Assembly (NCBI GenBank): GCA_965248195.1
Contig: CBDFIQ010000002.1
Location: 2,752,001 to 2,816,000, forward strand
Direction: 5' to 3'
Origin: Longimicrobiales bacterium
Lineage (GTDB): Bacteria; Gemmatimonadota; Gemmatimonadetes; Longimicrobiales; Gaopeijiaceae
Length of the DNA stretch: 64,000 nucleotides
Shown: positions 63,260 through 64,000 of the stretch, piece by piece
How positions within the stretch are numbered: position 1 is the first letter of the stretch
How the letters are laid out: each line of letters starts with the position of its first letter
The notes under the pieces: generated by a model
Seen by the model: the letters and a program-made list of their open reading frames with translations, nothing else
Database searches by the model: none
Told to the model about the DNA's origin: nothing
Program-made: the position numbers and the translations under genes

Positions 63260-64000
63260 CTACCGTGTCAGCTCGAAGAGACGGCTGTACTTGATCACGA
63301 GCTGCCGCTGCCTGGGGCCGGCCAGAATACCCGTTCGCACGAACTGTCCCAGGTGCTCGGTGTCGTTGTACACGATGAACAGACCGGTGCCCGCGGTGTC
63401 GAGCCATCCGACTCGGATGTTGGTGCCGAGGTTCTCTGTGTCGTCGTTGTACTGGAGGTTCGCCTGCACGTACAGACGCGGGGTGAAGGAGTACGAGGCG
63501 TTGAGCGCGTAGACTGCCGTCGTGAAGCTGCCCTCGTCGAGGCGCACGTCGAAGTAATCGCCTTGCAGTGACACGGTGAAGCGATCCTCGAACCGGTACT
63601 GCACCGTCGCGTTGGGTCCGAAGCGGGTTCCTGAGAAGAAGCCGCCCCACTCCCATCCAGCCGCGATCGAGAGGGGCGCCGCGCGGTTGGTGTTTGCACG
63701 GAATTGCCAGTCGTAGTTGTTGTAGCTCCCTGCGGGGATCACGATGCCCGGGCGAATCTCGAAGCCCTCCTCGAGTCCTTCTCCGGTGAAGTTGAAACCA
63801 GGCAGCTGGAAGAAGGCGCCATTCTCGAAGGCGAAGTGACTGTCTACGTGAACGAGGTAGGACTCACTGAAGCCGTCGAGCGACCAGAACTGGTTCCAGT
63901 TGATGTGCGGCCGAAATTCTCGGAACCAGGGTACGTCGTCTGTTCGAAGATGCCGCAGCACACGAGCGTTTACGTGCCGGTACTCACGGCGATTCACGAA
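63260..64000 (-). CDS. DUF5916-like outer-membrane protein, C-terminal part (cut by window edge)
   Basis: Resembles the C-terminus of the neighbouring gene (LFIVYND...RQLVIKYS). Confidence 0.75.
   Translation of the reverse strand, partial: FVNRREYRHVNARVLRHLRTDDVPWFREFRPHINWNQFWSLDGFSESYLVHVDSHFAFENGAFFQLPGFNFTGEGLEEGFEIRPGIVIPAGSYNNYDWQFRANTNRAAPLSIAAGWEWGGFFSGTRFGPNATVQYRFEDRFTVSLQGDYFDVRLDEGSFTTAVYALNASYSFTPRLYVQANLQYNDDTENLGTNIRVGWLDTAGTGLFIVYNDTEHLGQFVRTGILAGPRQRQLVIKYSRLFELTR

Overview
GC-rich bacterial DNA; the gene families loosely suggest a Gemmatimonadota-like organism (inference only). Positions 1-~6.8 kb are a rearranged accessory island. It holds a Cys/His-rich, Asp-tailed membrane protein cut by the window edge, IS91 and IS110 remnants, two identical inverted IS256 copies, and two Rhs-type polymorphic-toxin modules. 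Each module ends in a different zinc-dependent deaminase-fold domain; one is IS-disrupted, one has an intact catalytic domain, and neither has a visible immunity gene. Next come a holin-like gene, nadB, yajQ and secreted hydrolases. A molybdoenzyme hub follows: fdhD, xdhC, form-II-like coxSLM plus coxD/E/G, and a Tat-exported selenocysteine formate dehydrogenase operon fdnGHI-fdhE whose fdhE carries a perfect (AAGGAG)x26 insert. The remainder is mostly uncharacterised exported proteins. These include an IS3-disrupted DUF6265-like gene, a heme c/copper-monooxygenase-like fusion, paired His-rich TPR proteins and DUF5916-like proteins. Several 1-nt frameshifts in short C/G runs probably reflect sequencing indels. 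No rRNA, tRNA or CRISPR array was recognised. All family assignments come from motif recognition, not database searches.
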